Notes: generated by a model from the sequence alone, not told the origin. Counted from the first letter of the stretch, positions 1 through 8,710 are shown. The stretch is DNA of 64,000 nt from an uncultured bacterium (GCA_963834265.1 CAWIAU010000001.1:71572-135571); one strand, 5' to 3'. Made by a program: numbers and translations.

Positions 1-389
1 AGGACCTTGAGGGCGCCCACCAGGACATATAGGCCATCGATGTCATGAGGGTCCGGTGCTGATGCTTTTTCTATTTGCTCAAACTTACTCTCTATCTTTT
101 GGACCAGCCATTTTTCCTCTGCGGGCTTGGTATCATTCATAGCTGGGATTTGTTCCGGAACCTCCGCAGCTTTGACGATTTCCAGTGAACGGGCTGAACG
201 ATCTTTTTTGCGCAAGTGTCCGCGAATCACAAGATTATTGACATGCAATGCGACCGTTGCGACCGAAGTATAGCTGCAGCCGGCCATAATCTCACGGTAG
301 CTAGGCCCGTAACCATGCTCGGCTATAAATCCTTCTATATAAGATAGTAGCTCCCGCTGTTTCTTAGTCGGGCGCGTGGACTCAGGCAT
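1..389 (-). CDS. LexA-N-terminal-like winged-helix DNA-binding protein (N-terminal ~129 codons only; 3' end outside window)
   Basis: Not in the supplied ORF track because it runs off the edge. Minus-strand ATG at 389-387 overlaps the GtrA stop by 8 nt. It reads MPESTRPTKKQRELLSYIEGFIAEHGYGPSYREIMAGCSYTSVATVALHVNNLVIRGHLRKKDRSARSLEIV..., matching the LexA DNA-binding-domain pattern (QRELL..I..F, GxPSxREI, TVxxHVxxLxxxGxLR). No S24 peptidase motif in the visible part. Confidence 0.5.
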   Translation of the reverse strand, partial: MPESTRPTKKQRELLSYIEGFIAEHGYGPSYREIMAGCSYTSVATVALHVNNLVIRGHLRKKDRSARSLEIVKAAEVPEQIPAMNDTKPAEEKWLVQKIESKFEQIEKASAPDPHDIDGLYVLVGALKV

Positions 390-831
390 GATGACGAGTC
401 TTTCGCGGGCGCTCCATCCCCTTGAATACGTAAGTCTTGTACCAGATATAATTCCAGACCGTGAAGAAGCCTGAGGCGATAAACTGGCCGATCTCAACCC
501 GGACACCATTCTCTTTCAGCACAAGCAGAATCAGATAATTGAGCAAAAAGGCGTTCAGCGCTGTGTAGATAATGTAACGACGGGTGGCAATACCCAGCCT
601 GGCGGGCTTCTTCGTCTTGAAGACCCAATAACGCTCCAGAAGAAAATTCAGAGTCAGGCCTACACCATTGCCAATAAAATTTGCTGCGAATAAGCCAAGA
701 GGACCGTCCAGCAAAACAATCAGAATATAGCCGCTCCAGAACCAGACGCCGCCGCTTACAAAATATTCTGTGAAGCGAATAAGTTCTCGATGTCTCCTTG
801 TCTGAGATTTCTTTTTTGATCGTTTTTTCAT
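382..831 (-). CDS. GtrA-family membrane protein (glycan translocation/modification accessory)
   Basis: 149 aa with a basic N-terminus and about 4 hydrophobic helices. Motif GNGVGLTLNFLLERYWVF is typical of GtrA-like proteins. Confidence 0.75.
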   Translation of the reverse strand: MKKRSKKKSQTRRHRELIRFTEYFVSGGVWFWSGYILIVLLDGPLGLFAANFIGNGVGLTLNFLLERYWVFKTKKPARLGIATRRYIIYTALNAFLLNYLILLVLKENGVRVEIGQFIASGFFTVWNYIWYKTYVFKGMERPRKTRHHA

Positions 832-881
832 TTTTGATAGTTAATTTGAAGTTATTATATCAGATGATTGGTTTGTTTCGA

Positions 882-890
882 TGGTATAAT
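882..890 (+). promoter_or_regulatory. Extended -10 promoter element TGgTATAAT
   Basis: tggtataat at 882-890 in the 239-bp spacer upstream of the sugar transferase gene. No convincing -35 element. Which gene it serves is uncertain. Confidence 0.3.
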
Positions 891-970
891 AGCCCAATAG
901 GCATCACAGTTTGTTCTGCCATGAGAGTTGGCTGATGATCGCTGAAACAGAATTGATTTCTTGTGACTAA

Positions 971-990
971 AACATATCTGTAGATATGTT
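971..990. promoter_or_regulatory. 20-bp palindrome AACATATCT-gt-AGATATGTT (candidate operator)
   Basis: Perfect 9-bp arms around a 2-bp centre, 80 bp upstream of the ATG at 1071. The half-sites AACAT/ATGTT resemble Gram-positive LexA (Cheo) box halves but with wider spacing. Confidence 0.3.
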
Positions 991-1070
991 GAGAAAATAA
1001 AAATCAATTCTGGTCAGTGAGGGCAGTCAAATCGTGGCAAGTCAGAGTGTTAGGTCTATAGCACCACCCT

Positions 1071-2492
1071 ATGAAAAATAACTTTTCTTTCGTATACACC
1101 TTATTATTGATTATCGGTGACTTTTTAGCGTTAATCGCGGCCTTCACGGTAGCTTATATATTCAGAGTTAAGCTTGACGACCGCTCGCTCATACAGCAAA
1201 TACCGGCAGAAGCATATCTGTATGCATTTATTGCTGTTTTACCTCTTTGGATTATGGTTCATGGGTTGATTGGCCTGTACCGGCGCGAGGTGTACGAGAA
1301 TCGCTTTGCAGAGTTCGGCAAGCTGATTATTGGTTCAATCCTGGGCATATTGGTGGTAATCGGCTACGACTTCGTCAGTAACGAGGAGCTATTTCCCGCA
1401 CGTTTGGTAGTTGTCTACGGCCTTCTGCTCGGCTTCGGATTTTTAGTCCTGTTCCGTAGTGTGGCGCGGCAGTTACGTTATCTTATGTTTTCTTATAATA
1501 TCGGGGTTACCAATGTACTGATTGTCGGCAGCGGTGCCACTGCCAGACATATTATTGAACAGCTCGGGGATACAGGCAGCAGCGGCTACCGGATTATCGG
1601 TATTGTAGGCAAAAGAGATAATGAGAATATTCCCCGATTTGATACTTTCAGTGAAGCAGTTAAAGCCCTGGATGACCTGGATAGTATAGTCCAGACCAGG
1701 CTCTATGCTGACGAAAAACGCAACGGTGAAATCCTGTCGTATGCGCAGACTCAACATGTTTCGTATCGCTTCATACCGAGTAACGGGGAGCTGTTCACGG
1801 GTAATATTGATGTTGAACTGTTCCGCGGCACTCCTGTTGTCACAATACACCAGACCGCCCTGACCGGTTGGGGCAGGATTGTAAAGCGGCTGTTTGATCT
1901 GGGGTTAAGTGTTATATTGCTCATCCTTGCCTCGCCAATATTAACTCTTGTAGGTCTGGCGGTAAAACTGTCCGATCCTCGGGCTCCGGTTTTCTTTCGC
2001 CAGACACGTCTGACCCGGTTTAATCGCAAATTCCGGGTTTATAAATTCCGGTCACATTTGGCAAAGTACAGTGGTATGTCGCCGGAGAAAGCCTTCTCTC
2101 GTATGGGCAAGCCGGAGTTGGTTGATAAATATCGCAGCAACGGCGATTATCTGCCAGATGATCCGCGTGTCTCCCGTTTGGGCCGGGTGCTCAGACGCAC
2201 CAGCCTGGATGAGCTACCTCAGCTTTTCAATGTATTATCAGGCGATCTAAGCCTGGTGGGACCGCGGGCACTTGTTCCGCAGGAACTCGACGCACACGAT
2301 AACAAACACGCAATACTGAGCGTCAAATCCGGCATTACCGGCCTGGCACAGGTTTCCGGACGCAAGAACATCAGCTTCGAGGAACGGCGCAAGCTCGACA
2401 TTTATTATGTTCAGAACTGGAGTTTCTGGCTGGACATAATCATTTTGCTCAAAACCTTCCGAGCCGTTCTGAGCGGTACCGGGGCGAAATAG
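1071..2492 (+). CDS. Polyprenyl-phosphate hexose-1-phosphate transferase (WbaP/exopolysaccharide-type initiating sugar transferase)
   Basis: 473 aa with N-terminal TM helices. C-terminal bacterial sugar transferase domain motifs: PVFFRQTRLTRFNRKFRVYKFRS, DELPQLFNVLSGDLSLVGPRA, GITGLAQVSGR, YYVQNWSFWLDIIILLKT. Confidence 0.85.
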   Translation: MKNNFSFVYTLLLIIGDFLALIAAFTVAYIFRVKLDDRSLIQQIPAEAYLYAFIAVLPLWIMVHGLIGLYRREVYENRFAEFGKLIIGSILGILVVIGYDFVSNEELFPARLVVVYGLLLGFGFLVLFRSVARQLRYLMFSYNIGVTNVLIVGSGATARHIIEQLGDTGSSGYRIIGIVGKRDNENIPRFDTFSEAVKALDDLDSIVQTRLYADEKRNGEILSYAQTQHVSYRFIPSNGELFTGNIDVELFRGTPVVTIHQTALTGWGRIVKRLFDLGLSVILLILASPILTLVGLAVKLSDPRAPVFFRQTRLTRFNRKFRVYKFRSHLAKYSGMSPEKAFSRMGKPELVDKYRSNGDYLPDDPRVSRLGRVLRRTSLDELPQLFNVLSGDLSLVGPRALVPQELDAHDNKHAILSVKSGITGLAQVSGRKNISFEERRKLDIYYVQNWSFWLDIIILLKTFRAVLSGTGAK

Positions 2493-3580
2493 TGAGCACT
2501 CAAAAAGTGGCGATTGTATGCGACTGGCTGGTGGGTGGTGGTGCCGAAAAAGTTGTAGAACAGCTTCATAAGCTTTACCCTAAGGCACCGGTTTATACTT
2601 CGTACGCCACCGATGAATGGCGCAAAAGGCTGGACCACAAAGTTGTTACAGGGCCATTGCAGGCATGGCCATTCAGCAAACTGCGCAAGTTTATACCGTT
2701 TCTCCGCATTTGGTGGTTCTCATCGCTCAGTCTGGATAATTACAATCTGGTTATCTCGTCAAGCGGAGCCGAGGCCAAAGGCCTAAAAGTTCCGGAAAAT
2801 ACGATTCATATAGCATACATCCACGCACCTACACACTACTACTGGAGTCGTTACGACGAATACCTGAAGCGCCCGGGGTTCGGCAGATTAAACCGGCTGG
2901 CCCGGCTTGGATTAAAAATATTGATAGGACCGCTTCGCAGATGGGATTACAAGGCCGCACAGCAACCTGACCATCTTATTGCTAATTCCACCCATACGAG
3001 TCGGGCAATTACACAATACTATGGTCGTGACAGTATCGTGATACATCCGCCGGTTGATACTGAGAGATTTCGCACAAAAGTGCCAGTTGAACGTCATGGT
3101 TTGGTAACGGCAGGACGGCAGGTTCCCTACAAGAGAATTGATCTGGCTATTGCAGCCTGCACTCGTCTTAACTTACCGTTAACCGTGATCGGTCATGGTC
3201 CCGAACATACCAGCCTGGTAAAGATGGCAGGACCCTGTATTACATTTGTCTCCGATGTTAATGATAAGAGCCTGGCGCACTATTTTCAGTCTGCTGAAGC
3301 ATTCATATTTCCGGGGCTTGAAGACTTCGGTATTACCCCTGTTGAAGCATTAGCTGCAGGCACGCCGGTTATCGCTTATAACGGTGGTGGCGCCTTGGAT
3401 TTTGTTAACTTCGGAACAGGATTATTTTTCGAAGAGCAAACTGTTGAATCACTAATGGAAGCTCTGAAAAAATTCAACCCCAAATCTTTTTCACCAGAGG
3501 AAATCCAAAAAGCTGCTACTCAATTCTCCGCAGAAAATTTCCGCAGAAACATAAAGCAAATCATCAATCGAATTGATTAG
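2492..3580 (+). CDS. Glycosyltransferase family 4 (GT-B)
   Basis: 362 aa. C-terminal EX7E-type region FIFPGLEDFGITPVEALAAGTPVIAYNGGG. Start overlaps the upstream stop by 1 nt. Confidence 0.8.
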   Translation: MSTQKVAIVCDWLVGGGAEKVVEQLHKLYPKAPVYTSYATDEWRKRLDHKVVTGPLQAWPFSKLRKFIPFLRIWWFSSLSLDNYNLVISSSGAEAKGLKVPENTIHIAYIHAPTHYYWSRYDEYLKRPGFGRLNRLARLGLKILIGPLRRWDYKAAQQPDHLIANSTHTSRAITQYYGRDSIVIHPPVDTERFRTKVPVERHGLVTAGRQVPYKRIDLAIAACTRLNLPLTVIGHGPEHTSLVKMAGPCITFVSDVNDKSLAHYFQSAEAFIFPGLEDFGITPVEALAAGTPVIAYNGGGALDFVNFGTGLFFEEQTVESLMEALKKFNPKSFSPEEIQKAATQFSAENFRRNIKQIINRID

Positions 3581-3733
3581 AACTCAGCTCCGGGATACCT
3601 GACTCTAAAACTCAAAAAATGGAATGGCAGTCCACGGGGCGGCCCCAAAAATCTTTCTTCTGTAGGTAGCAGAAAAAATTTAGGAGCGGACGGGCTGTGA
3701 CAGGACCCCGGCAATTAAGGATTTAAGAGTTAG

Positions 3734-4504
3734 TCAGGATACCTTGACGATGCCTTCGACGGCGTAGGCAGTATCCTGCCAGTTTCTCACCTGAATGCAA
3801 TCAATCCCCATTTCTTCAACAGCGTAGTCATTACCGCCCGGAATAACTTTATCGCCCATGAACAGGATATCTGTTTTTGCGAAACCGTTTGCTTTCATAA
3901 GTCTGGACATACCATAGCCTTTGTCTATGCCGGGACGGGTCACATCTATCGTAGTGGCTCCTGCTGAACGCACTTCAAAATCCGGAATTTTCGGAGCAAT
4001 TATGTCACGAAGTCTCATTTTTTTAGAGCCGTCCGGATCCCATTCTTCTTTAATTTTTAAGCCTTCCTCGCCCAATTCGGCTACTATCTCCTGGCCAAAG
4101 ACTGAGAGAGAGATCTGGGTATCTCTGTCTTCAATAATGTCCCCGTACAGTTTTTTTTCGCGGTAACCCGATTCTTCCAGCCCTTCTTCCAGAGCCTTAA
4201 TAATTTTCTTTTTGTCTTGCGGCGGAATATTTTCAGCGTATTTTTGTACCCACTCATTGTTTTCAAATCGATAGTAGCGTGTGCCGCTGGTAGGCATCAG
4301 GTGAAGTTTTTCAAGCAGGTGTGGCTCACTTGTTATCTGTGTCAGGAATTGCCTTTGAAATAATTCGTACTTTCCTCCGGAAATAACACATACATGATAC
4401 TTTTCCAGCAGGCGGTCAAACATATTCACCATACGCGGGTGGAAGTGCGACTTACTCGGCGCTAATGTTCCGTCCAGATCAAATGCAATCAGTTTTTTCT
4501 TCAT
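3734..4504 (-). CDS. HAD-IIB hydrolase, eukaryotic-type phosphomannomutase-like
   Basis: MKKKLIAFDLDGTLAP (DxDGT motif I) and a C-terminal FMGDKVIPGGNDY resembling the PMM-family FGDKTxxGGNDxE motif. Confidence 0.6.
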   Translation of the reverse strand: MKKKLIAFDLDGTLAPSKSHFHPRMVNMFDRLLEKYHVCVISGGKYELFQRQFLTQITSEPHLLEKLHLMPTSGTRYYRFENNEWVQKYAENIPPQDKKKIIKALEEGLEESGYREKKLYGDIIEDRDTQISLSVFGQEIVAELGEEGLKIKEEWDPDGSKKMRLRDIIAPKIPDFEVRSAGATTIDVTRPGIDKGYGMSRLMKANGFAKTDILFMGDKVIPGGNDYAVEEMGIDCIQVRNWQDTAYAVEGIVKVS

Positions 4505-4585
4505 CCCGTTAGAGCTCCTTCCCGTTAATTAACTCCGGCAGAGTAAAACGCGTGTATATTAAATATTTAAAAGCTCTAACGGGAT
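4503..4585 (-). repeat. Junction unit A: 83-bp unit bounded by the 14-bp inverted repeat ATCCCGTTAGAGCT / AGCTCTAACGGGAT
   Basis: Arms at 4503-4516 and 4572-4585 with a 55-nt interior. On the coding (minus) strand it reads ATGA-[ATCCCGTTAGAG...CTCTAACGGGAT]-GA. The upstream gene stop (TGA, 4588-4586) abuts one end and the downstream ATG (4504-4502) is formed at the other. Confidence 0.85.
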
Positions 4586-5101
4586 TCATTTTTCCTCTTC
4601 TTTTTCAGGTTTACCATTGCGATCGTCCCATTCTTTCAGGAACCAGCTACTGGACCACTGCTTATCAGCACCAACGCCGGAAATAATTTCGATATTATGC
4701 TTCTGGCAGGTTTCCCATTCCGGAATGCTCTCCTGGTCTACCCGGTCACCACCCTTAGTAAATACATGCGGCTTCAGGGCCGCCAGGGCCTTGCTGACTG
4801 TCTGGTCATTTTTTATTTCGAACGGTACAACATAATCAACTCCGGCTAGTCCGCTGACAATCAGGCTACGGGTTTCCAGGTTTTGGAATGGTCTGCCTTT
4901 CTTGGCTGTCAGGAAAGCGTCCCCGTTGACGATCACAACCAGCGTATCACCATATTTCTTGCTGTCGATAATGCAGCTGATGTGACCAGGGTGTATCGGG
5001 TCAAAACCGCCACTTGTAGCCACTATTTTGCCAAGTTTCGGGCGAAACTTTTCAAAGTCTTCAAAAGAAACGATTTCTGCACCCCAGGTTTTTGAACTCA
5101 T
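4586..5101 (-). CDS. Cytidylyltransferase-family nucleotidyltransferase, RfaE domain II / HldC-like
   Basis: 171 aa. SGGFDPIHPGHISCI (HxGH nucleotidyltransferase motif) followed by GDTLVVIVNGDAFLTAKKGRPFQNLETR, as in heptose-1-phosphate adenylyltransferases. Confidence 0.6.
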   Translation of the reverse strand: MSSKTWGAEIVSFEDFEKFRPKLGKIVATSGGFDPIHPGHISCIIDSKKYGDTLVVIVNGDAFLTAKKGRPFQNLETRSLIVSGLAGVDYVVPFEIKNDQTVSKALAALKPHVFTKGGDRVDQESIPEWETCQKHNIEIISGVGADKQWSSSWFLKEWDDRNGKPEKEEEK

Positions 5102-5119
5102 CGAACGAATTATAGCAGA

Positions 5120-5878
5120 TCAGGAAAACCTGATTTCTGCCATAACAGGCAGGTGGTCAGATATATCAACGTCCGGACACTTCTTAGATAATATTTCTAT
5201 ATTCGGGCTGACAAAAAGCAGATCAACTGCAGCCGTAGCGTAGCCGGGATTGTCTTTGCGCCTCATATTAAATGTGGTGGTTAGTTCATCGCCGAATACG
5301 CTTGTAAGATGTTGCTCTATGTCCTGCATAGCCTGGTTGGTAGGCTTGGCGTTGGTGTCTCCGCCCAGAATTACATTCGGCTTATCTCTGATGGCTTCGA
5401 TAATTATCCGGCTCATGTTCTGCCGGCGCTCAGAATAATTATCCCCGTCAAGATCCCACACTCCATGAATGTTAAAGACATTGACTTCGCCGGCGGGAGT
5501 ATTGAGAGATGCATGCTGTAACATACGGGGATAAGAAGGATAATTTTCCAATATATCGTGGTAGTCGTCATTAAATGTTTCATTAAAATATGTCATATTA
5601 CGGGAAGTAATGGGAAATCCGGAAAAGATGGCAACGCCTTCCGGTATTTTGCCCTCCGGGCGGTGGTGCAATAAACCCGCTTCATAATAATCATCGATGT
5701 AGTCAAAAGTTTCTTTTATAAGCTCAAATGAACGGAGCGATGGTTGCAGCGCAGGATCGGTGCCACTATGAACCTCTTGCAGGATCAGAATATCAGGATT
5801 TTCTTTTTTCAGAAACTCAATTGTATTTTCTATCAAAGCACCACGCCAAAGATTCAGACTCAGAATTTTTACGTTCAT
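5120..5878 (-). CDS. Endonuclease/exonuclease/phosphatase (EEP) family protein
   Basis: Motifs LSLNLW, PDILILQEV, GGDTN and a C-terminal SDHLPVMAEIRF. I place the start at internal Met34 (ATG at 5878, MNVKILSLNLW). The longer track ORF (to 5977) would overlap rfbB and adds a non-conserved extension. Confidence 0.7.
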   Translation of the reverse strand: MNVKILSLNLWRGALIENTIEFLKKENPDILILQEVHSGTDPALQPSLRSFELIKETFDYIDDYYEAGLLHHRPEGKIPEGVAIFSGFPITSRNMTYFNETFNDDYHDILENYPSYPRMLQHASLNTPAGEVNVFNIHGVWDLDGDNYSERRQNMSRIIIEAIRDKPNVILGGDTNAKPTNQAMQDIEQHLTSVFGDELTTTFNMRRKDNPGYATAAVDLLFVSPNIEILSKKCPDVDISDHLPVMAEIRFS

Positions 5879-5921
5879 ATAATCCAATTGTACACTTTTA
5901 TGAGCTCTAGAGATGTTATAA

Positions 5922-6938
5922 TTGCAGCATATGGTTAGAATTTTGGTTACTGGTGGTGCCGGGTTTATTGGCTCCAATTTTGTTCATTTTCTTCGGGAAA
6001 ACCGTCCGGATTACCAGATTATCGTTGTAGACAAGCTCAATCAGCAGGGGAATATTGAGAATTTGGCATCAGTAAGAAGTGAAATTGAGTTTCATGAATT
6101 CGATCTGATCGAAGAAGCTAAACTATTGCCAATCTTCGGGAATGGTATAGATTACGTCGCGCACTTCGCGGCCGAGACAAATGTCGACCGTTCTATAGAA
6201 GATCCGGATAACTTTGTCAGCAGCAATGTTCTGGCCACCAATATTCTGCTGCGGCTCAGCCGCGACCACGGAATCAAACGCTTCCACCACGTATCAACGG
6301 ATGAAGTCTTTGGCAGTCTGGAGCTGGATAATGATGATAAATTCGACGAGAATACTCCTTACGATCCCCGCAGCCCTTACTCAGCTACCAAAGCAGCCAG
6401 CGACCATTTAGTACGGTCATACTTTCACACGTACGGACTAGACGTTACGATCAGCAACTGCTCCAATAACTATGGTCCCCATCAGGTGCCGGAAAATATC
6501 GTGCCTGTTTTTGCGCTGATGGCTATGCAGGACAGACCTCTCACTATCTACGGCGATGGCAAAAGTGTGCGTGATTATCTGTTCGTGCTGGACCATTGTC
6601 GTGCGATTGATCTGATTCTGCACAAAGGTAAAGCCGGCGAAACCTACTGTGTTGGTGGCGGGCAGGAACAAAACGGACTGCAAATTGCCGATGGCGTCCT
6701 GCGTATTCTCGACAAGCCAGACGCGCTCAAAAAATTCGTAACCGACCGGCCCGGCCATGATCGACGATATGCCATTGACTACTCCAAACTTGAGCGCGAG
6801 CTGGGCTACCAACCTGGTGTGACATTTGAAGAAGGACTGCGACAAACCATTGACTGGTACCAGGCTAACGAAGCATGGTGGCAACCATATATGAAAAAAC
6901 TATACGTCCCCAAATTTATGAAAGAAGATGTAGCCTAG
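5922..6938 (+). CDS. rfbB: dTDP-glucose 4,6-dehydratase
   Basis: ILVTGGAGFIGSNF Rossmann motif, catalytic YSATKAASD (YxxxK), and length and context within the rfb operon. Confidence 0.9.
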   Translation: MQHMVRILVTGGAGFIGSNFVHFLRENRPDYQIIVVDKLNQQGNIENLASVRSEIEFHEFDLIEEAKLLPIFGNGIDYVAHFAAETNVDRSIEDPDNFVSSNVLATNILLRLSRDHGIKRFHHVSTDEVFGSLELDNDDKFDENTPYDPRSPYSATKAASDHLVRSYFHTYGLDVTISNCSNNYGPHQVPENIVPVFALMAMQDRPLTIYGDGKSVRDYLFVLDHCRAIDLILHKGKAGETYCVGGGQEQNGLQIADGVLRILDKPDALKKFVTDRPGHDRRYAIDYSKLERELGYQPGVTFEEGLRQTIDWYQANEAWWQPYMKKLYVPKFMKEDVA

Positions 6939-6940
6939 CC

Positions 6941-7510
6941 ATGGCACAGGATCTGAATGTTCAGGAAACTGAAATTCCCGGTATGTTCGTGGTTGATTTG
7001 GTCCTGCATGGTGATAACCGCGGCTGGTTCAAGGAGAACTATCAGCGTGAAAAAATGGAAACTCTTGGTTTGCCCCGTTTTGAGATTGTTCAGAATAATT
7101 TTTCATTCAATGCCGAAACCGGAGTCACCCGCGGTCTGCACGCTGAACCGTGGGAAAAATTTATTTCGCTGGCTAACGGCCGTGTGTTCGGTGCCTGGGT
7201 CGACCTGCGTGCCGGCGATAGCTTCGGCAAAGTTTTTACCACCGAAATCACACCCGAAAAAGCTATTTTTGTACCCAGGGGCGTGGCCAATGGCTATCAG
7301 ACTCTTGAACCAAATATTACTTACACATATCTCGTAAACGCTCACTGGTCACCAGATGGCAACTATGCGGCTGTGTCTATGTTTGATCCGGAGCTTGATA
7401 TCAACTGGCCGATTAGCAGAGAGCAGTCTATCATTTCGGAAAAAGATATTCAGAATCCATTACTCAAAAACGTAAAACCCATGGATCCCGTTAGAGATCC
7501 TGTGAAATGA
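6941..7510 (+). CDS. rfbC: dTDP-4-dehydrorhamnose 3,5-epimerase
   Basis: Cupin-type RmlC motifs: IPGMFVVDL, HGDNRGWFKENY, TRGLHAEP, FVPRGVANGYQTL. Start moved to the ATG at 6941, 3 nt after the rfbB stop. The last 8 codons plus stop (DPVRDPVK*) are encoded by junction unit B. Confidence 0.9.
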   Translation: MAQDLNVQETEIPGMFVVDLVLHGDNRGWFKENYQREKMETLGLPRFEIVQNNFSFNAETGVTRGLHAEPWEKFISLANGRVFGAWVDLRAGDSFGKVFTTEITPEKAIFVPRGVANGYQTLEPNITYTYLVNAHWSPDGNYAAVSMFDPELDINWPISREQSIISEKDIQNPLLKNVKPMDPVRDPVK

Positions 7511-7564
7511 AAGATATGAATAAAAAAGTATTATTACTAGTAAAAAACCATTCTCTAACGGGAT
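7485..7564 (+). repeat. Junction unit B: 80-bp unit bounded by the 13-bp inverted repeat ATCCCGTTAGAGA / TCTCTAACGGGAT
   Basis: Arms at 7485-7497 and 7552-7564 with a 54-nt interior, flanked by ATGG on both sides (7481-7484 and 7563-7566). It sits in the rfbC 3' end and the rfbC-rfbD spacer. Confidence 0.85.
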
Positions 7565-7574
7565 GGAGTTATAA

Positions 7575-8432
7575 GTGAATAGTTCAAAAATTTTAATCCT
7601 CGGCGCCAACGGACAACTGGGCAAAGCCCTTCAGCAACAATATCCGGATGCTCAGACGGCTGATATTCATGATCTCAATATAACCAATCAGCAATCAGTC
7701 AATGATTATGACTGGTCCGGAGTGGATATTATCCTGAATGCAGCTGCCTATACCAATGTTGACGGTGCCGAGAGCGACGAAGGTCGCATAGCAGCCTGGA
7801 GCGTCAATTCCTCGGCCGCTGCAAATTTGAGCAAAGTCGCAGCAACCCATGATCTGACCCTGGTACATGTGTCTACGGATTATGTCTTTGACGGTTCCAG
7901 GGCAGTCCACGACGAAGCAGAGTCTTTCAGTCCCTTGTCAGTCTATGGTGCCAGTAAGGCAGCCGGCGACATAGCCGTCAGCCTGACTCCCAAACATTAC
8001 ATTCTGCGAACTTCCTGGGTTATCGGAGATGGCAAAAACTTCGTGCGTGTCATGATGGGCCTGGCAGAAAAGAATATTTCGCCGACAGTCGTTCATGATC
8101 AGATCGGACGCCTGACGTTCACATCAGAACTCGTCCGGGCTATCGATTATTTACTCTCTGAAGGTTCCCCTTACGGAGTTTATAATGTTACCAATGACGG
8201 ACCAACTTCCAGCTGGGCAGAAATCACACGACATGTATTTAATACTCTGGGCAGGGTTGATCTGCACGTCAGCAAGACGACCACTGCCGAATATTATCTG
8301 GGTAAGCCGGAGGCAGCTCCACGACCATTGCAGAGCACTCTCGGCATGCACAAAATTCATGCTATGGGATTCGTATCGAATGATTGGCGTGAAGATTTGA
8401 AAGCATACATCAAAAAGGAGAGACAGCAATGA
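7575..8432 (+). CDS. rfbD: dTDP-4-dehydrorhamnose reductase
   Basis: ILILGANGQLG, VYGASKAAGD (YxxxK), and operon context. GTG start with GGAG 7 nt upstream. Confidence 0.9.
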   Translation: MNSSKILILGANGQLGKALQQQYPDAQTADIHDLNITNQQSVNDYDWSGVDIILNAAAYTNVDGAESDEGRIAAWSVNSSAAANLSKVAATHDLTLVHVSTDYVFDGSRAVHDEAESFSPLSVYGASKAAGDIAVSLTPKHYILRTSWVIGDGKNFVRVMMGLAEKNISPTVVHDQIGRLTFTSELVRAIDYLLSEGSPYGVYNVTNDGPTSSWAEITRHVFNTLGRVDLHVSKTTTAEYYLGKPEAAPRPLQSTLGMHKIHAMGFVSNDWREDLKAYIKKERQQ

Positions 8433-8710
8433 ATCCCGTTAGAGCCATGCACTACGTATACGTTCTTTTAAATTCTGGCGGACAATTCTACACAGGTTGT
8501 ACAGCAGATTTAAAGCGACGTATAGCCGAACACAAAGCTGGTAAGAGCACCTTTACCGGAAGTCGGGGACCTTACGAATTGATATACTATGAAGCGTGCC
8601 TGGATATTAATGATGCTTATTCCAGAGAAAGATATCTGAAGTCCGGAATGGGAAAACGCTTTATTAAAAACCGCATAAAGAATAGTATGGAGGCTCTAAC
8701 AAATGGATGA
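8429..8710 (+). CDS. GIY-YIG nuclease superfamily protein (small, stand-alone URI domain)
   Basis: 93 aa: ..MHYVYVLLNSGGQFYTGCTADLKRRIAEHKAGK...YYEACLDINDAYSRERYLKSGMGKRFIKNRI, showing the GIY..YxG, R and E motifs. The ATG at 8429 overlaps the rfbD stop (ATGA). An internal ATG at 8447 gives the canonical MxYVY N-terminus. Confidence 0.8.
   Translation: MNPVRAMHYVYVLLNSGGQFYTGCTADLKRRIAEHKAGKSTFTGSRGPYELIYYEACLDINDAYSRERYLKSGMGKRFIKNRIKNSMEALTNG
8433..8708 (+). mobile_element. Junction unit G: 276-bp inverted-repeat-bounded unit carrying the GIY-YIG ORF (candidate autonomous element)
   Basis: Left end ATCCCGTTAGAGCC (8433-8446). Degenerate right end GGCTCTAAC-aaat-GGAT (8692-8708). GA lies on both flanks (8431-8432 and 8709-8710). 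A 16-bp perfect direct repeat ATGAATCCCGTTAGAG occurs at 8429-8444 and 8707-8722. Confidence 0.45.

Noticed and set aside
1332-1341. ggttcaatcc, a T-arm-like tRNA signature
   Set aside because: It lies inside the sugar transferase CDS. There is no flanking acceptor or anticodon-stem complementarity. No tRNA-like cloverleaf was found anywhere in the intergenic regions.
3593-3743. Imperfect inverted repeat (ggatacctgactctaaaactc / gagttagtcaggatacc) bracketing the convergent spacer between 3580 and 3734
   Set aside because: Only 7+5 bp pair, with several mismatches and a gap. That is too weak to separate from chance. The GGGGCGGCCCC mini-palindrome at about 3644 also lacks a proper U-tract.
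5879-5977. N-terminal extensions of track ORFs: EEP 5879-5977, rfbC 6875-6940, vapB 26534-26569, virB4 53073-53111, ribE 55795-55872
   Set aside because: The extensions overlap upstream genes or promoter elements and add non-conserved residues ahead of canonical family N-termini. Internal starts give the expected N-termini and, for ribE and virB4, a proper SD.
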